Below are positions 47,688 through 58,077 of a DNA stretch of 64,000 bases, one piece after another. Each line of letters begins with the position of its first letter. The first letter of the stretch is position 1. The stretch comes from an uncultured Actinomycetes bacterium (GTDB lineage Bacteria > Actinomycetota > Thermoleophilia > UBA2241). The stretch spans positions 40,775-104,774 of the forward strand of contig CAVWIH010000026.1 in NCBI GenBank assembly GCA_963755025.1. Direction: 5' to 3'. A program made the position numbers and the translations under genes. The notes under the pieces were generated by a model. The model was not told the origin of the DNA. It was given only the letters and a program-made list of their open reading frames with translations, and searched no databases.

Positions 47688-48923
47688 ATGGACTTCAGGT
47701 ACTCGACCGAGCAGAACCTTTACCGCCAGGCCATCCGCGAGTGGCTCACCAAGAACCTCGAGCCGCGCGCCCGCGCCATCGACGCCGCCGAAGACGGCAT
47801 TCCCGACGACATCACGGCCGGCATGGCCGAGCTCGGCATCTTCGGCGTGACCATCCCCGAGGAGTACGGCGGCCTGCCGCTGCCCGACGACGAGCGCCTG
47901 ATCTACGCCATGATCACGGTCCACGAGATCGCCCGCGCCGACCTAGTCGATGAGCACGCCGGTCTACACGCTGCTCACCATGGGCTGGTCGTACATGATC
48001 AACCGCTACGGCACCGAGGAGCTCAAGCAGGAGGTCCTGCCGCTGGCCGCCCAGGGCAAGACCTTCGTGGGCATCAACACCACCGAACCCGGCGGCGGCT
48101 CCGACCTGGGCGCCATCAAGACCACCGCCATCTGGAACGACGACAAGCAGGTCTTCATGCTGAACGGCGAGAAGGCCTACGTCTCCGGCCCCAAGGAGTG
48201 CGCCAAGCTGGGTCCGCCCAGCGGCCACTGCACGCTGGTCAAGACCGACCCCGACTCGGGCCACAAGGGCATGACCTTCATCTGGGTGCCCGCCCACCTG
48301 CGACGGCATCCAGTGACACGTCTACGACGACATGGGCCGCATGGGCCTGTCGACCGGCGGCTGGATCTACAACGACGTCGAGCTGCCCCGCAAGTACGTG
48401 CTGGGCGAAGAGGGCAAGGGCTTCTACGCCGTCATGGACGGCTTCAACACGGCGCGCGTGCTGGTCGGCGGCCGCCTGTCTGGGCGGCGCCGAGAAGGCG
48501 CTCGAGATCAGCGGCGAGTACACCGCGCAGCGCACCACGTTCGGCAAGCCGCTCGGCAAGAACGAGGGCATCTCGTTCGAGATGGCCGACGACTGGATGA
48601 TGCTCGACATGGTCAAGCTCAACCTGCTGCGCGGCGCCTGGATGATCGGCCAGGAGCACACCAACCCGGGCACGTTCTCGCGCAAGGAGATCAACAAGGT
48701 CATCAGCACCTGCAAGTGCCAGGCGCCGCCGCTGGCCCACGAGATCGCGCGTCACGGCATGATGTACCACGGCGCCTTCGGCTACACCAAGGAGACGCCG
48801 CTCGAGATGATGCTGCGCGGCGTCATGAGCTACGAGGTCGGCGCCGAGGGCGGCCTCATGGTCATGCGCGGCGTGATCGCCCGCGACGAGTGGGGCGAGA
48901 CGCACAACCCGTTCAAAGACTAG
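47688..48923 (+). CDS. Acyl-CoA dehydrogenase (several frameshifts)
   Basis: MDFRYSTEQ, IPEEYGG, TEPGGGSD, LNGEKAYVS, QRTTFGKPL, HGAFGY. Confidence 0.88.
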   Translation: MDFRYSTEQNLYRQAIREWLTKNLEPRARAIDAAEDGIPDDITAGMAELGIFGVTIPEEYGGLPLPDDERLIYAMITVHEIARADLVDEHAGLHAAHHGLVVHDQPLRHRGAQAGGPAAGRPGQDLRGHQHHRTRRRLRPGRHQDHRHLERRQAGLHAERREGLRLRPQGVRQAGSAQRPLHAGQDRPRLGPQGHDLHLGARPPATASSDTSTTTWAAWACRPAAGSTTTSSCPASTCWAKRARASTPSWTASTRRACWSAAACLGGAEKALEISGEYTAQRTTFGKPLGKNEGISFEMADDWMMLDMVKLNLLRGAWMIGQEHTNPGTFSRKEINKVISTCKCQAPPLAHEIARHGMMYHGAFGYTKETPLEMMLRGVMSYEVGAEGGLMVMRGVIARDEWGETHNPFKD

Positions 48924-49079
48924 GCGCGCAACGCAGTCGCGCACGCCTGAGCGGCGACGACGGAGTCGGTCGACGGACTAGGCGCGCAACGAAGTAGCGC
49001 AGCCTGAGCGGCGACGACGGAGTCGGTCGACGGACTGAGCGGCGACGACGAAGTCGATCGACAGACTGAGCGGCGACGC
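48918..49079. repeat. Nested intergenic direct repeats (31-bp unit)
   Basis: CTGAGCGGCGACG starts at 48947, 49004, 49035, 49066; GACTAGGCGCGCAACG at 48918 and 48976. Confidence 0.85.
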
Positions 49080-49099
49080 AACCCGAGGAGGCGGGCGAC

Positions 49100-50389
49100 G
49101 TGGAGAAGGTCGAATGCATCGTGGTGGGCGGCGGCCTCGCCGGCCTCGCGGCCGCCTACGGGCTGGCCCGTGACGGCGTCGAGGTCATGGTGCTCGAGCG
49201 CGGCAACTACTCGGGCTCAAAGAACGTCACCGGCGGCCGGCTCTACGTGCGCGCCTTGCGCCACGTCTTTCCCGAGCTCTGGGACGACGCGCCCTTCGAG
49301 CGGCCGGTCGCACACGAGCTGATCACCCTGCTCGGCGACGGCGCGGCCACCACGGTCGAGCTCGCCTCGCAGCGCCTCGCGGGGCCGTCGCCGCAGTCCT
49401 ACACGGTGCAGCGCGCCCGCTTCGACCAGTGGTTCGCCGACAAGGCGACCGCTGCCGGCGCCATGGTCGTCAGCGACATGAAGGCCGACGAGCTGCTGCT
49501 CGACGGCGACCGGGTGATCGGCGTGCGCGCCGGCGGCGACGAGGTCGGCGCCGACGTGACGATCGTCGCCGAGGGCGTGCTGGGCTTGCTGGCGAGCGGG
49601 GCGGGGCTGCGCGAGCAGCCCCGCCCCGCCGACCACGCCGTCGGCTTCAAAGAGATCATCGAGCTGCCGGCGGGTGTCATCGAAGACCGCTGGCGCCTGA
49701 ACGAAGGCGAGGGCGCCGCGCAGCTCTTCATGGGCGAGGTCAGCCGCGGCATGACCGGCGGCGGCTTTCTCTACACCAACCGCGACTCGATCGCCCTGGG
49801 CGTGGTGGTCGCCATGGACCAGCTGCGCACGCGCACCGACGGCCTCGAGTCGTGGCAGCTGCTCGACGCCTTCAAGGAGACCGCCCAGATCAAGCCGCTG
49901 GTGCGCGGCGGCACGCTCGCCGAGTACTCGGCGCACGCCGTCTTCGAGGGCGGCGCCGACCGCCTGCCGCGGCCCTACGGGGCGGGCTACCTGCTGGCCG
50001 GCGAGACCGCCGGCTTTGCCCTGAACGCCCTGGTCACCGTGCGCGGCATGGACCTTGCCATCGCCTCTGGGTGGGCGGCGGCGCGGGCGGCCCTGGCCGC
50101 CCGCGCCGCCGGCGACTCGTCGGCCGCCACGCTGTCGGTCTACGAGCGCTTTCTGCGCGAGACCTTCGTCACGGCCGCCATGCAGGCCGGGCGCGGCGTG
50201 CCGCAGGCCATCGAGAACCGCCGCCTGTTCACCGAGTACCCCGGCGCCGTGGCGCGCCTGCTCGAGGGCTTCTTCGCGGTCGACGACGATAGCCAGGCGA
50301 CGCTGCTGCGCACCAGCCTGCGCGGCGCGCGCCGCGAGTTCCTGAAGGTCGACACGCTCAAGGACCTCTGGTCCTTGCGCAAGGTCTAG
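49100..50389 (+). CDS. fixC: FixC-like ETF:quinone oxidoreductase
   Basis: VVGGGLAG, ERGNYSGSKNVTGG, GGGFLYTN, RGMDLAI. Confidence 0.9.
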   Translation: MEKVECIVVGGGLAGLAAAYGLARDGVEVMVLERGNYSGSKNVTGGRLYVRALRHVFPELWDDAPFERPVAHELITLLGDGAATTVELASQRLAGPSPQSYTVQRARFDQWFADKATAAGAMVVSDMKADELLLDGDRVIGVRAGGDEVGADVTIVAEGVLGLLASGAGLREQPRPADHAVGFKEIIELPAGVIEDRWRLNEGEGAAQLFMGEVSRGMTGGGFLYTNRDSIALGVVVAMDQLRTRTDGLESWQLLDAFKETAQIKPLVRGGTLAEYSAHAVFEGGADRLPRPYGAGYLLAGETAGFALNALVTVRGMDLAIASGWAAARAALAARAAGDSSAATLSVYERFLRETFVTAAMQAGRGVPQAIENRRLFTEYPGAVARLLEGFFAVDDDSQATLLRTSLRGARREFLKVDTLKDLWSLRKV

Positions 50390-50402
50390 AGGTGATGCCG
50401 TC

Positions 50403-50771
50403 GTGAGCGAGCCCACCGATCGCGCGCCCGACAGCGGCGCCCCCGAGAACGCGGCGCCCGGCGGCGCATCGAGCGGCGCCGCGGGTCAGCCGCCGGGTGG
50501 CGTCGACGCCAAGCTCGGCGCCGACGTCTTCAAGCTCGACACCGAGCCGCACATCGTGATCGACGTCGAGAAGTGCCGCACGGTCTGCACGCAGCGCGCC
50601 TGCCTGCTGGTCTGTCCGGCCGACCTGTACGAGCTGAACGACCAGGGCGACATGACGGTCAACTGGGAGGGCTGCCTCGAGTGCGGCACCTGCCTGATCT
50701 GCTGCGACCCCCAGGCCCTGAGCTGGCAGTACCCGCGCGGCGGCTTCGGCGTGCAGTACCGGATGAGTTAG
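50403..50771 (+). CDS. fixX: FixX ferredoxin-like protein
   Basis: CPADLY, GCLECGTC, WQYPRGGFGV. Confidence 0.9.
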   Translation: MSEPTDRAPDSGAPENAAPGGASSGAAGQPPGGVDAKLGADVFKLDTEPHIVIDVEKCRTVCTQRACLLVCPADLYELNDQGDMTVNWEGCLECGTCLICCDPQALSWQYPRGGFGVQYRMS

Positions 50772-50785
50772 GAGAGGTGAAGGCT

Positions 50786-51595
50786 GTGGAGATCGCCGTG
50801 TGCGTGAAGACCAACCCCGACCTGCAGCTCATGCGCGTCAAAGACCGCGTGCCGGTGCTCGAGGCGGTGCCCTTCAAGGTGGGCGACCTCGAGAAGAACG
50901 CCCTCGAGGCGGCCCTGCAGCTGCGCGACGCCGCCGGCGGCGGGCGCATCGTGGCGGTCGCCGTGGCGCAGGGCGACCGCAAGATCCGCGAGACCATGAA
51001 AGAGGCCCTGGCGATCGGCGCCGACGAAGCCGTGATCGTCGCCGACCCGGCTCTCGACGAAACGGATCAGGCCGGCGTCGCGCTCGCCCTCGCGCGCGCG
51101 CTTGAGAAGTCGGGGCCGTTCGACCTGGTGCTGTTCGGCGAGGGCTCGACCGACGGCTACTCGGGTCAGGTGCCCTCGCGGGTCGCCGAGCTGCTCGGCC
51201 TGCCCGAGCTCGGCTACGCGCGCGCCCTCGAAGTCACAGGCGTCGGTCCCGACGCCGGCGGCTCCGGCGCCGTGCTGCGCGCCGAGCGCACCATGGGCGA
51301 CACGCTCGAGACGCTCGAGGCGGCGCTGCCCGCCGTGGCCACCGTGGTGAGCGAGATCAACGAACCCCGCATTCCCACCCTCATGAGCATCATGAAGGCC
51401 GGCAAGAAGCCGGTGGCCGAACTCACCCTGGCCGACCTGTCCCTCGACGCCGCGGCGCTGGCGCCGCTGCGCGCCGTCAAGTCAAACCTGGCCGAGGAGC
51501 AGTCACGCAAGCGCGTGCTGTTCGACGGCGAACCGGCCGCCCAGGCCGAGGCCCTGATCAACGCGCTGGTCGCCGAAGGCGTCCTGGGAAGGTGA
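50786..51595 (+). CDS. etfB: Electron transfer flavoprotein beta subunit
   Basis: IAVCVK..PD, ALAIGADEA, STDGYSGQV, INEPRIP. Confidence 0.92.
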   Translation: MEIAVCVKTNPDLQLMRVKDRVPVLEAVPFKVGDLEKNALEAALQLRDAAGGGRIVAVAVAQGDRKIRETMKEALAIGADEAVIVADPALDETDQAGVALALARALEKSGPFDLVLFGEGSTDGYSGQVPSRVAELLGLPELGYARALEVTGVGPDAGGSGAVLRAERTMGDTLETLEAALPAVATVVSEINEPRIPTLMSIMKAGKKPVAELTLADLSLDAAALAPLRAVKSNLAEEQSRKRVLFDGEPAAQAEALINALVAEGVLGR

Positions 51596-51600
51596 GGGCG

Positions 51601-52560
51601 ATGACCGCGATCCTCGTGTATTCGGAACAGCTCGACACGGCCCTCGAGCTGCTGGGCGCCGCCCAGACGCTCGCCCCGCAGCTCGACCTGACGGTGAGCG
51701 CGGCGGTGCTGGGCGCCGAGGCGGCCGCGCAGGCGGCCGCCCTGGCCGCCCGCGGCGCCGCGCCGGTCTACCTGTGCACCGAGCCCGCCCTCGAGGGGCT
51801 CGACACAGGCGTAGCCGCCCAGGCGCTCGCCCACATCGCCGAACAGGCCGGCGCGAGCCTCGTGCTGCTCGGCTCGACGCGCCGTGGCCGGGCGCTCGCC
51901 GGCCGCCTCGCGCAGCGGCTGGGCGCCGGCTGCGTGACCGACGCCGGCTCGCTGGCCGTCGAAGACGGCCTGCTCGTGGCCGGCCGCTACAACCTGGGCG
52001 GCGCCACCGTGCAGCGCGAGGCGCTCACCTCGGCCGTGCAGGTGGTGGCCGTCATGCCCAAGGTCTTCGCCGCCGACGAGGCGGGCGCCGCCGCCGCGGG
52101 CGCCGACGCCATCGTCGAGGTCTCGCCGGGCCTCGCCGCGCCCGCCGTGCGCGTCGTCGACCGCCGGCCCAAAGAGGGCGAGGCCGTCGACCTGGCCGCC
52201 GCCGCGCGTATCGTGGGCGTGGGCCGCGGCCTCGCCAAGCGCGACGACGTGACGCTCGGCGAGGGACTGGCCGCGGCCCTCGGCGCCGAGCTGGCCTGCA
52301 CCAAGAGCCTGGCCGATTTCGGCTGGATGTCCGACGACCGCATCGTCGGGCTCTCGGGCGCCAAGACGAGCCCCGAGGTCTACCTGGCGGTGGGCATCTC
52401 GGGCCAGGTGCAGCACACCGTCGGCATGGCGCAGGCGCGGGTCGTGGCGGTCGTCAATCAGGACAAGGACGCGCCCATCTTCGCCTTGGCCGACTACGGC
52501 GTGGTCGGCGACCTCTACCAGATCGTGCCCGCGCTGATCGAGCGCCTCAAGACGCTGTAG
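51601..52560 (+). CDS. etfA: Electron transfer flavoprotein alpha subunit
   Basis: VGVGRG, YLAVGISGQVQH, NQDKDAPIF..ADYGVVGD. Confidence 0.92.
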   Translation: MTAILVYSEQLDTALELLGAAQTLAPQLDLTVSAAVLGAEAAAQAAALAARGAAPVYLCTEPALEGLDTGVAAQALAHIAEQAGASLVLLGSTRRGRALAGRLAQRLGAGCVTDAGSLAVEDGLLVAGRYNLGGATVQREALTSAVQVVAVMPKVFAADEAGAAAAGADAIVEVSPGLAAPAVRVVDRRPKEGEAVDLAAAARIVGVGRGLAKRDDVTLGEGLAAALGAELACTKSLADFGWMSDDRIVGLSGAKTSPEVYLAVGISGQVQHTVGMAQARVVAVVNQDKDAPIFALADYGVVGDLYQIVPALIERLKTL

Positions 52561-52729
52561 CGCCCCCGCGCGCCGTCGCCGCCGCTTGGCATAGACTCTG
52601 GTTGCGGCGCGTCGGCTGCGCTCGTCTGCGGGCCGGCGGCCGCCGGTGGCGGCCATTCACGGCAGGCCGTGCGCCGACGTTCCGATCGGATACCATCGAG
52701 CCAGTCGATCAGGCCACGGGCAGGAGGTC

Positions 52730-54925
52730 ATGGAGCTCATGGAGCTCTCGCAGCAGCCCCCCGAACGGGCGTCGCAGATCGTCGCGGGAGCGCTGGCGGC
52801 GGGCCGTGGCGCTCTCGACGAGCACGAGGGCAAGGCTCTGCTCGCCGCCTACGGCGTGTCGGTGCCGGCCGGCGGCCTCGCTCACTCGCGCGACGAGGCC
52901 CTCGCCCTGGCCGCCTCGATCGACGCCCCCGTGGCGCTCAAAGCAGTGGGCGAGAAGGTCCAGCACAAGACCGAACGGCGCCTGGTGCTCCTCGGCCTGC
53001 GCAGTCCCGACGAGGTGGCCGCCGCCTACGACGGTCTCACCGAGCGCGCCGGCGACGCCCTCGAAGCCATCCTGGTCGAAGAGATGGTGGCCGGCGCGCG
53101 CGAGTTCATGGTCGGCATGAAGCGCGACGCGGCCTTCGGCCCTGTGGTGGCCTTCGGCGTGGGCGGCGTGTTCACCGAGGCCCTCGCCGACGTGGCGCTC
53201 GCCCTGGCGCCGGTCGACGAACACGAGGCCGCCGACCTGCCCGGACTGATTCGCGCCAGGCGCCTGCTGGGCCGGTTCCGCGGCTTGCCGGCGGTCGACC
53301 AGCGACGACTCGCCCAGGTCATCCAGGCCGTGGGACGCATCGCCGTCGATCACCCCCAGATCGCTGAGATCGACCTGAACCCGCTCATCATCTCGGGCGA
53401 CCGGCCGGTGGCGGCCGATGCCCTGGTCGTGCTCTCGAGCGCGCCGGCTGCGCCGGCGCCTGCGGAGCGCCCCGTCGCCGACCTGCGGGCCGTCTGTGCG
53501 CCGCGTTCGGTGGCCATCGTGGGCGCCTCAGACGACGTCGGCAAATGGGGCGGCTCCGCCTTGCGCAACATCTTGGACGGCGGCTTCGAAGGCGCCATCT
53601 ACCCGGTCAGCCCCCACGGCGGCGCCTTCTTCGGCCTGCCCGTGTACGCGAGCCTCGCCGACCTGCCCCAGGCCCCCGACCTGGCCCTGCTGGCCGTCGG
53701 CGCATGGCAGGCCGCCGGCCTGGTCGAGCAGTGCGGACGGGCCGGCGTGCGGGCCGCCGTGGCCATCGCCGCCGGCTTCTCTGAGACCGGCGACGAGGGC
53801 GGCCAGGCCGAGCTCGAGCTGGCCGCGGCGGCCGCCGCCGCCGGCGTCACCCTGATAGGCCCCAACTGCATGGGGCTGGTCACCAACGAGACCCACCTGC
53901 ACGCCACCGGTTTCATCACGCTGCACCCGCCCGAGGGTCCACTCAGCCTGGTCTCGCAGTCGGGCAACCTCGGCGTGCAGCTGGTCAAAGCTTCCGAGCG
54001 GCGCGCCATAGGGCTCGACAAGTTCATCGGCGTGGGCAACGAGGCCCGCGTGAGCGCCGTCGACGTGCTCGACTACCTGCGCACCGACGACCGCACCCGC
54101 TGCGTCCTCATGTACCTCGAGGGCATCGACGACGGCCGCCGCTTCACCGAGGTGGCCGCCCGCACGACCGCCGTCAAGCCGGTCGTCGTGATGCGCGGCG
54201 GCCTGACCGACCAGGGCGGCCGGGCGGCCGCCTCGCACACCGGCGCCCTGGCCGGTTCGGCCGCCGTGTACGAGGCCGCCGCCCGCGAGGCCGGCGTGAT
54301 CACCTGCACGGCATCAGACGACGCGCTCGACCTGGGCGTCGCCCTGGCCTACCTGCCGCCGCCGCGCGGCCGCCGCGTGGCGGTCATCACCAACGGCGGC
54401 GGGGCCGGCGTGCTGGCCGCCGACGAAGTGGCCCGTCACGACCTGACGCTCGCCGACCTGCCCGAGGCGCTGCTCGCCGAGCTCGACGCCCTGCTGCCGC
54501 CGTTCTGGAGCCGCCGCAACCCGCTCGACCTGGTGGCGTCGGCCGGCGGCGACGTGGCCCGGCTCGTGCTCACCGCCGTCGCCGGCAGTGACTCAGTCGA
54601 CGCCGTCATCATGCTCTCGGTACTGGGCGTGTCGAACACCGGCGACGACCAGCGCCCCGAGAGCGCCGGCGGCGAGTACGACGGCTTCAGCCCCTGGGAG
54701 ACCGAGTTCCTCGCCTGCGCCGCCGCGCTCATGGAGACCACCGGCAAGCCCATCATCAACGTGCCCGACCTGCCGATCCGCCAGGCCGTGCCGGCCGGCG
54801 ACGGCCGCTACGCGCCGGTCGTGCTGCCGTCGCCGCGGGCCGCCGCGCAGGCGCTCGACCGCCTGGCCTGGTACGGCGACCATCGCCGGCGCCACGCGGC
54901 GGGCTTGCCTCACGATCGCGAGTAA
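52730..54925 (+). CDS. NDP-forming acyl-CoA synthetase, beta-alpha fusion
   Basis: N-terminal ATP-grasp (HKTE, FGPVVAFG, EIDLNP), then SVAIVGAS, IGPNCMG, SQSG, SHTGALAG. Confidence 0.88.
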   Translation: MELMELSQQPPERASQIVAGALAAGRGALDEHEGKALLAAYGVSVPAGGLAHSRDEALALAASIDAPVALKAVGEKVQHKTERRLVLLGLRSPDEVAAAYDGLTERAGDALEAILVEEMVAGAREFMVGMKRDAAFGPVVAFGVGGVFTEALADVALALAPVDEHEAADLPGLIRARRLLGRFRGLPAVDQRRLAQVIQAVGRIAVDHPQIAEIDLNPLIISGDRPVAADALVVLSSAPAAPAPAERPVADLRAVCAPRSVAIVGASDDVGKWGGSALRNILDGGFEGAIYPVSPHGGAFFGLPVYASLADLPQAPDLALLAVGAWQAAGLVEQCGRAGVRAAVAIAAGFSETGDEGGQAELELAAAAAAAGVTLIGPNCMGLVTNETHLHATGFITLHPPEGPLSLVSQSGNLGVQLVKASERRAIGLDKFIGVGNEARVSAVDVLDYLRTDDRTRCVLMYLEGIDDGRRFTEVAARTTAVKPVVVMRGGLTDQGGRAAASHTGALAGSAAVYEAAAREAGVITCTASDDALDLGVALAYLPPPRGRRVAVITNGGGAGVLAADEVARHDLTLADLPEALLAELDALLPPFWSRRNPLDLVASAGGDVARLVLTAVAGSDSVDAVIMLSVLGVSNTGDDQRPESAGGEYDGFSPWETEFLACAAALMETTGKPIINVPDLPIRQAVPAGDGRYAPVVLPSPRAAAQALDRLAWYGDHRRRHAAGLPHDRE

Positions 54926-55108
54926 GGCATGGCGAAGGGTCTGTCGGCGGCCACACCCTGACCGTCGACGGGTTCGGTTGTCACGGCTTCGGGTAGCAAC
55001 CCCGAAATCGCCGGGTGGATCGCGTGGCGCGGCGACGATCACTATCGTCAGTTGGTCAAGGGGGGCGAGGCGGTGCTCGGCCGATCCAGGGGAAGCGGCG
55101 TCGGGTCG

Positions 55109-56137
55109 ATGGATGACGGACAGCCCGGACGGCCCCTCGATACGGTCGGGCACATCGGTGTGCCCGACGGCGTTCGACTCAGCACGATCCTGCCCGGCGA
55201 CTCGACTGGTGTCGCCCGCCACCGTGGCGCCGCGCCACGAGTCGGCCTGGGGCTGCCGGCCGCGATCTTCGACTTCTCGCGCGGCAAGCAGGCGCTGCTC
55301 ACAATCGCGCAGCCGGCGCTAGGGGCGCTGCTGGCGCTCGGCGGCCTGCCCGGCTGGCGCATCATCGCCATCGGCCTGCCGGCGGCCTGCGCCGCCTCGT
55401 TTGCGCTCTACGCGCTGAACGACCTGCTCGACCGCAAGGTCGACGCGCGCTCGCTCGCGGCCGGCAAGTCGACGGTCCCCCGCCACGACGTCGACACCAC
55501 CTTCATGCGTCACCCCCTGGCGCGAGGCGTCCTCAGTCTGCGGATCTCGGTGGCCTGGGTCGCGGGACTCGCCGCAGTGGCCGTTGTGGGCACCGCGCTT
55601 CTCAATCCGCTCTCGCTGTTGTTCTTCGCCGCCGCCGTGGCGACCCAGTTCGTGTACTGCGCGTTGCGCGCGGTCACGCCCTGGAAGACGGTGCTGTCGG
55701 GCGTCATGGTGGGCTTTGGCGGCCTCGCCGGCTGGGTGGCGGTGGCCCCGCTGCGCTGGAGCGCCCTCACCGTCTTCGTCTTTCTCGCTTGCTGGGAGAT
55801 CGGGGGCCGCAACATCGTCAACGACCTGAGCGACCTCGAAAGCGACGCTCCCGTAGGTATTCGCACCGTCGCCAGCGTGTACGGCGAGGCGGCCGCCGCG
55901 CGCGCCGCCGCGGCGGTCGCCGCCGCCTGTCTGGTCTCGACGGCGCTGCTGCCCATGCCGGCGGCGGCGGTCGCGCTGGCGCTGGCGCTCGGCGCCTGGT
56001 CGCTGGCCTGGCCGGCGGTCGAACTGCTGCGCCGGCCCACACCGGCGCAGGCCGCCTCGTACTTCAACCGCGGCAGCCTCTACCCCGACCTCGTGCTGCT
56101 GGCGGCGCTGGTGGGCCTTGCCCTGAGCGGCCTCTAG
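55109..56137 (+). CDS. UbiA-family prenyltransferase (start uncertain)
   Basis: NDLLDRKVD and NDLSDLESD Asp-rich motifs, multiple TM helices. Confidence 0.82.
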   Translation: MDDGQPGRPLDTVGHIGVPDGVRLSTILPGDSTGVARHRGAAPRVGLGLPAAIFDFSRGKQALLTIAQPALGALLALGGLPGWRIIAIGLPAACAASFALYALNDLLDRKVDARSLAAGKSTVPRHDVDTTFMRHPLARGVLSLRISVAWVAGLAAVAVVGTALLNPLSLLFFAAAVATQFVYCALRAVTPWKTVLSGVMVGFGGLAGWVAVAPLRWSALTVFVFLACWEIGGRNIVNDLSDLESDAPVGIRTVASVYGEAAAARAAAAVAAACLVSTALLPMPAAAVALALALGAWSLAWPAVELLRRPTPAQAASYFNRGSLYPDLVLLAALVGLALSGL

Positions 56138-56937
56138 TGCGCGACGGGGGCACAGGCGACGTTCGGCGTGCGCCGCACGCGGCGCCCGACCTCGAGCCGG
56201 CGCACGTCGCCGCGCTGTTCGACCGCAACGCGGCCACTTACGACCGCGTCAACACGGTCATCACGTTCGGACTCGACGCGCTCTGGCGCCGCTGGGCCGC
56301 GCGGCAGGCGGCGCCGCAGGCGCCGCCGCTCGGCCGCGCGCACGCGGCGCCGCTCGGGCCCTCGCCGACCTCGCCGCCGCCGCGGGTGCTCGACGCCTGC
56401 GCCGGCACCGGCCTGCTCACGCTCGACCTGGCGCGCCGCGGGGCGGCCGTGACGGCCGCCGACGCGGCGCCGGGCATGCTGGCCGTGGCGCGCGACCGGC
56501 TGGCGGCAGCCGGGCTGCCGCTGCGCACGGTGGCCGTCGATCTGGCGAGCGCGGAAGCGGCCGCCACGCTCGGCGGGCCCTTCGAGGCCATCACGCTGGG
56601 CTTTGGGCTGCGCTACTTCGCCGACCCCGGCGCCGTGCTGCGGCCGCTGCGCGAGCTGCTGGTGCCCGGCGGGCGGCTGGTCGTGGTCGAGGCGGTGCGC
56701 CCGCCGCGCGACCTGCTCGGGGCGGCGGCCGGCTTCTACTTCTTCGAGGTGGCGCCTCGGGTGGGCTCGGTCCTCGCCGGGCAGGCAGCGCTGTACGAGT
56801 TCCTCACCGCTTCGACCCGCGCCCTGGGCAGCGCCGACGACGTGGCCGCGCACCTGGGCCGCGCCGGCTTTGCCGTCACGGCGCGGCGGCGCTTTGCCTG
56901 CGGCGTCGTCGCCGGCCTGGTCGCCCGCCCGGCCTGA
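56137..56937 (+). CDS. menG: UbiE/MenG-family quinone C-methyltransferase
   Basis: LFD..A..YDRVN.VITFGLD..WRR, VLDACAGTG, GFGLR, YEFL..S. Confidence 0.78.
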   Translation: MRDGGTGDVRRAPHAAPDLEPAHVAALFDRNAATYDRVNTVITFGLDALWRRWAARQAAPQAPPLGRAHAAPLGPSPTSPPPRVLDACAGTGLLTLDLARRGAAVTAADAAPGMLAVARDRLAAAGLPLRTVAVDLASAEAAATLGGPFEAITLGFGLRYFADPGAVLRPLRELLVPGGRLVVVEAVRPPRDLLGAAAGFYFFEVAPRVGSVLAGQAALYEFLTASTRALGSADDVAAHLGRAGFAVTARRRFACGVVAGLVARPA

Positions 56938-56959
56938 GCGCGCGCCTTCGCCCGAGGCT

Positions 56960-57448
56960 TCAGTAGCGCCGCAGCGTGTCGAGGCGTACGGCCAGAAAGC
57001 GGGCCGTGGCGCGCGCCTCGTCGAGTCCAAAGCGATGGTCGTGGGGCCACGTCGAGTCGGTGACCAGGGCGAGGGCCTCGCCGGGGCCACAGAGGGGCGC
57101 GTCGTGACCGGCGCCGGTGCGGAAGATCTCGATGCGGTGGGGAGCGGTGCGCTTGTAGCCTTCGGCGACCACCAGGTCGAAGCCGGCAAAATAGCGCCGC
57201 GCGATGGTGGCCAGCGGCACCTCGCCGTCGAGCCGCGTGATGTAGGCGAGGCGCTCAGGAGAGGCGATCACGTAGGCCTGCGCGCCGGCCCGGCCGTGGC
57301 GCCAGGAGTCCTTGCCGGGGTGGTCGATCTCGAAGCTGTGCGCGTCGTGTTTGATGGTGCCTACCTTGAGCCCGAGCCGCACGAGCTCGGGTACGAGCTT
57401 CTCGATGAGCGTGGTCTTGCCCGAATCGCTCTTGCCCACGACGGCCAC
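56960..57448 (-). CDS. mobB: Molybdopterin-guanine dinucleotide biosynthesis protein B (true start may be ATG 57513 across a frameshift)
   Basis: VVGKSDSGKTTL, IKHDAH.FEIDHPGKDSWRH, EGYK. Confidence 0.9.
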   Translation of the reverse strand: MAVVGKSDSGKTTLIEKLVPELVRLGLKVGTIKHDAHSFEIDHPGKDSWRHGRAGAQAYVIASPERLAYITRLDGEVPLATIARRYFAGFDLVVAEGYKRTAPHRIEIFRTGAGHDAPLCGPGEALALVTDSTWPHDHRFGLDEARATARFLAVRLDTLRRY

Positions 57449-57509
57449 GAGCGCGGGGCCGGCCGGCGCGCCGCGTCAGGGCCCACGCGGCGCGCCGGCC
57501 TGGCGGTAC

Positions 57510-58077
57510 TCATCCATCGTGTTGACGCGCTGAAGGCCGCTCGCTGTCAAGGTCACCGGCGCGAGGTCGATCTCGTCGTAGGCGTCGACGATGCGGTGGC
57601 TGCCCTGCCCTCAACATGGCCGTCATGGGCTCGAGGCAACCCGGGACCGTAGGCGGCGAACAGCGGCTGGAAGTGGCGCCCGATGGACGGTACGGCGGCA
57701 TCGTGACCGCAGAAAGCGGCAGCACCCGGGCGCCGCGCCGAGCGGCTGGGGAACGCCATGTCAACGGCCAGGGCGAAAACGGAGCCCGGTAGCGCGTCGA
57801 GGGCGGTCGACGATACCGGCCAGCGGCGACGAGCCCGGCCATTCGTCGTTGACATCACGGTGTCGCCCAAGTCGGCGGCATCGCCCAGGTCGAGCACGTG
57901 GCCCGGCGCCAGAGAAAGCACCACGGTGGGGAAGAGGCGGTGCAGGAACGCGAGGTTGCGCTGCAGCAGGGTGCGGCCCTCGAGGACCAGAAAGCGCTTG
58001 TCGATGCCGGCGCGGCTGCCGTCGCCCCCGGCGAGCAGCACGCCGATAGTCACGTGCTTGTCGGTGCGATCGTCCAT
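57510..58077 (-). CDS. mobA: Molybdenum cofactor guanylyltransferase, frameshifted
   Basis: LLAGGDGSR.G.DK, LAVDM, QPLFAAY. Confidence 0.8.

Noticed and set aside
48918-49079. Possible mini-CRISPR
   Set aside because: Intervening sequences are themselves repeats; irregular period
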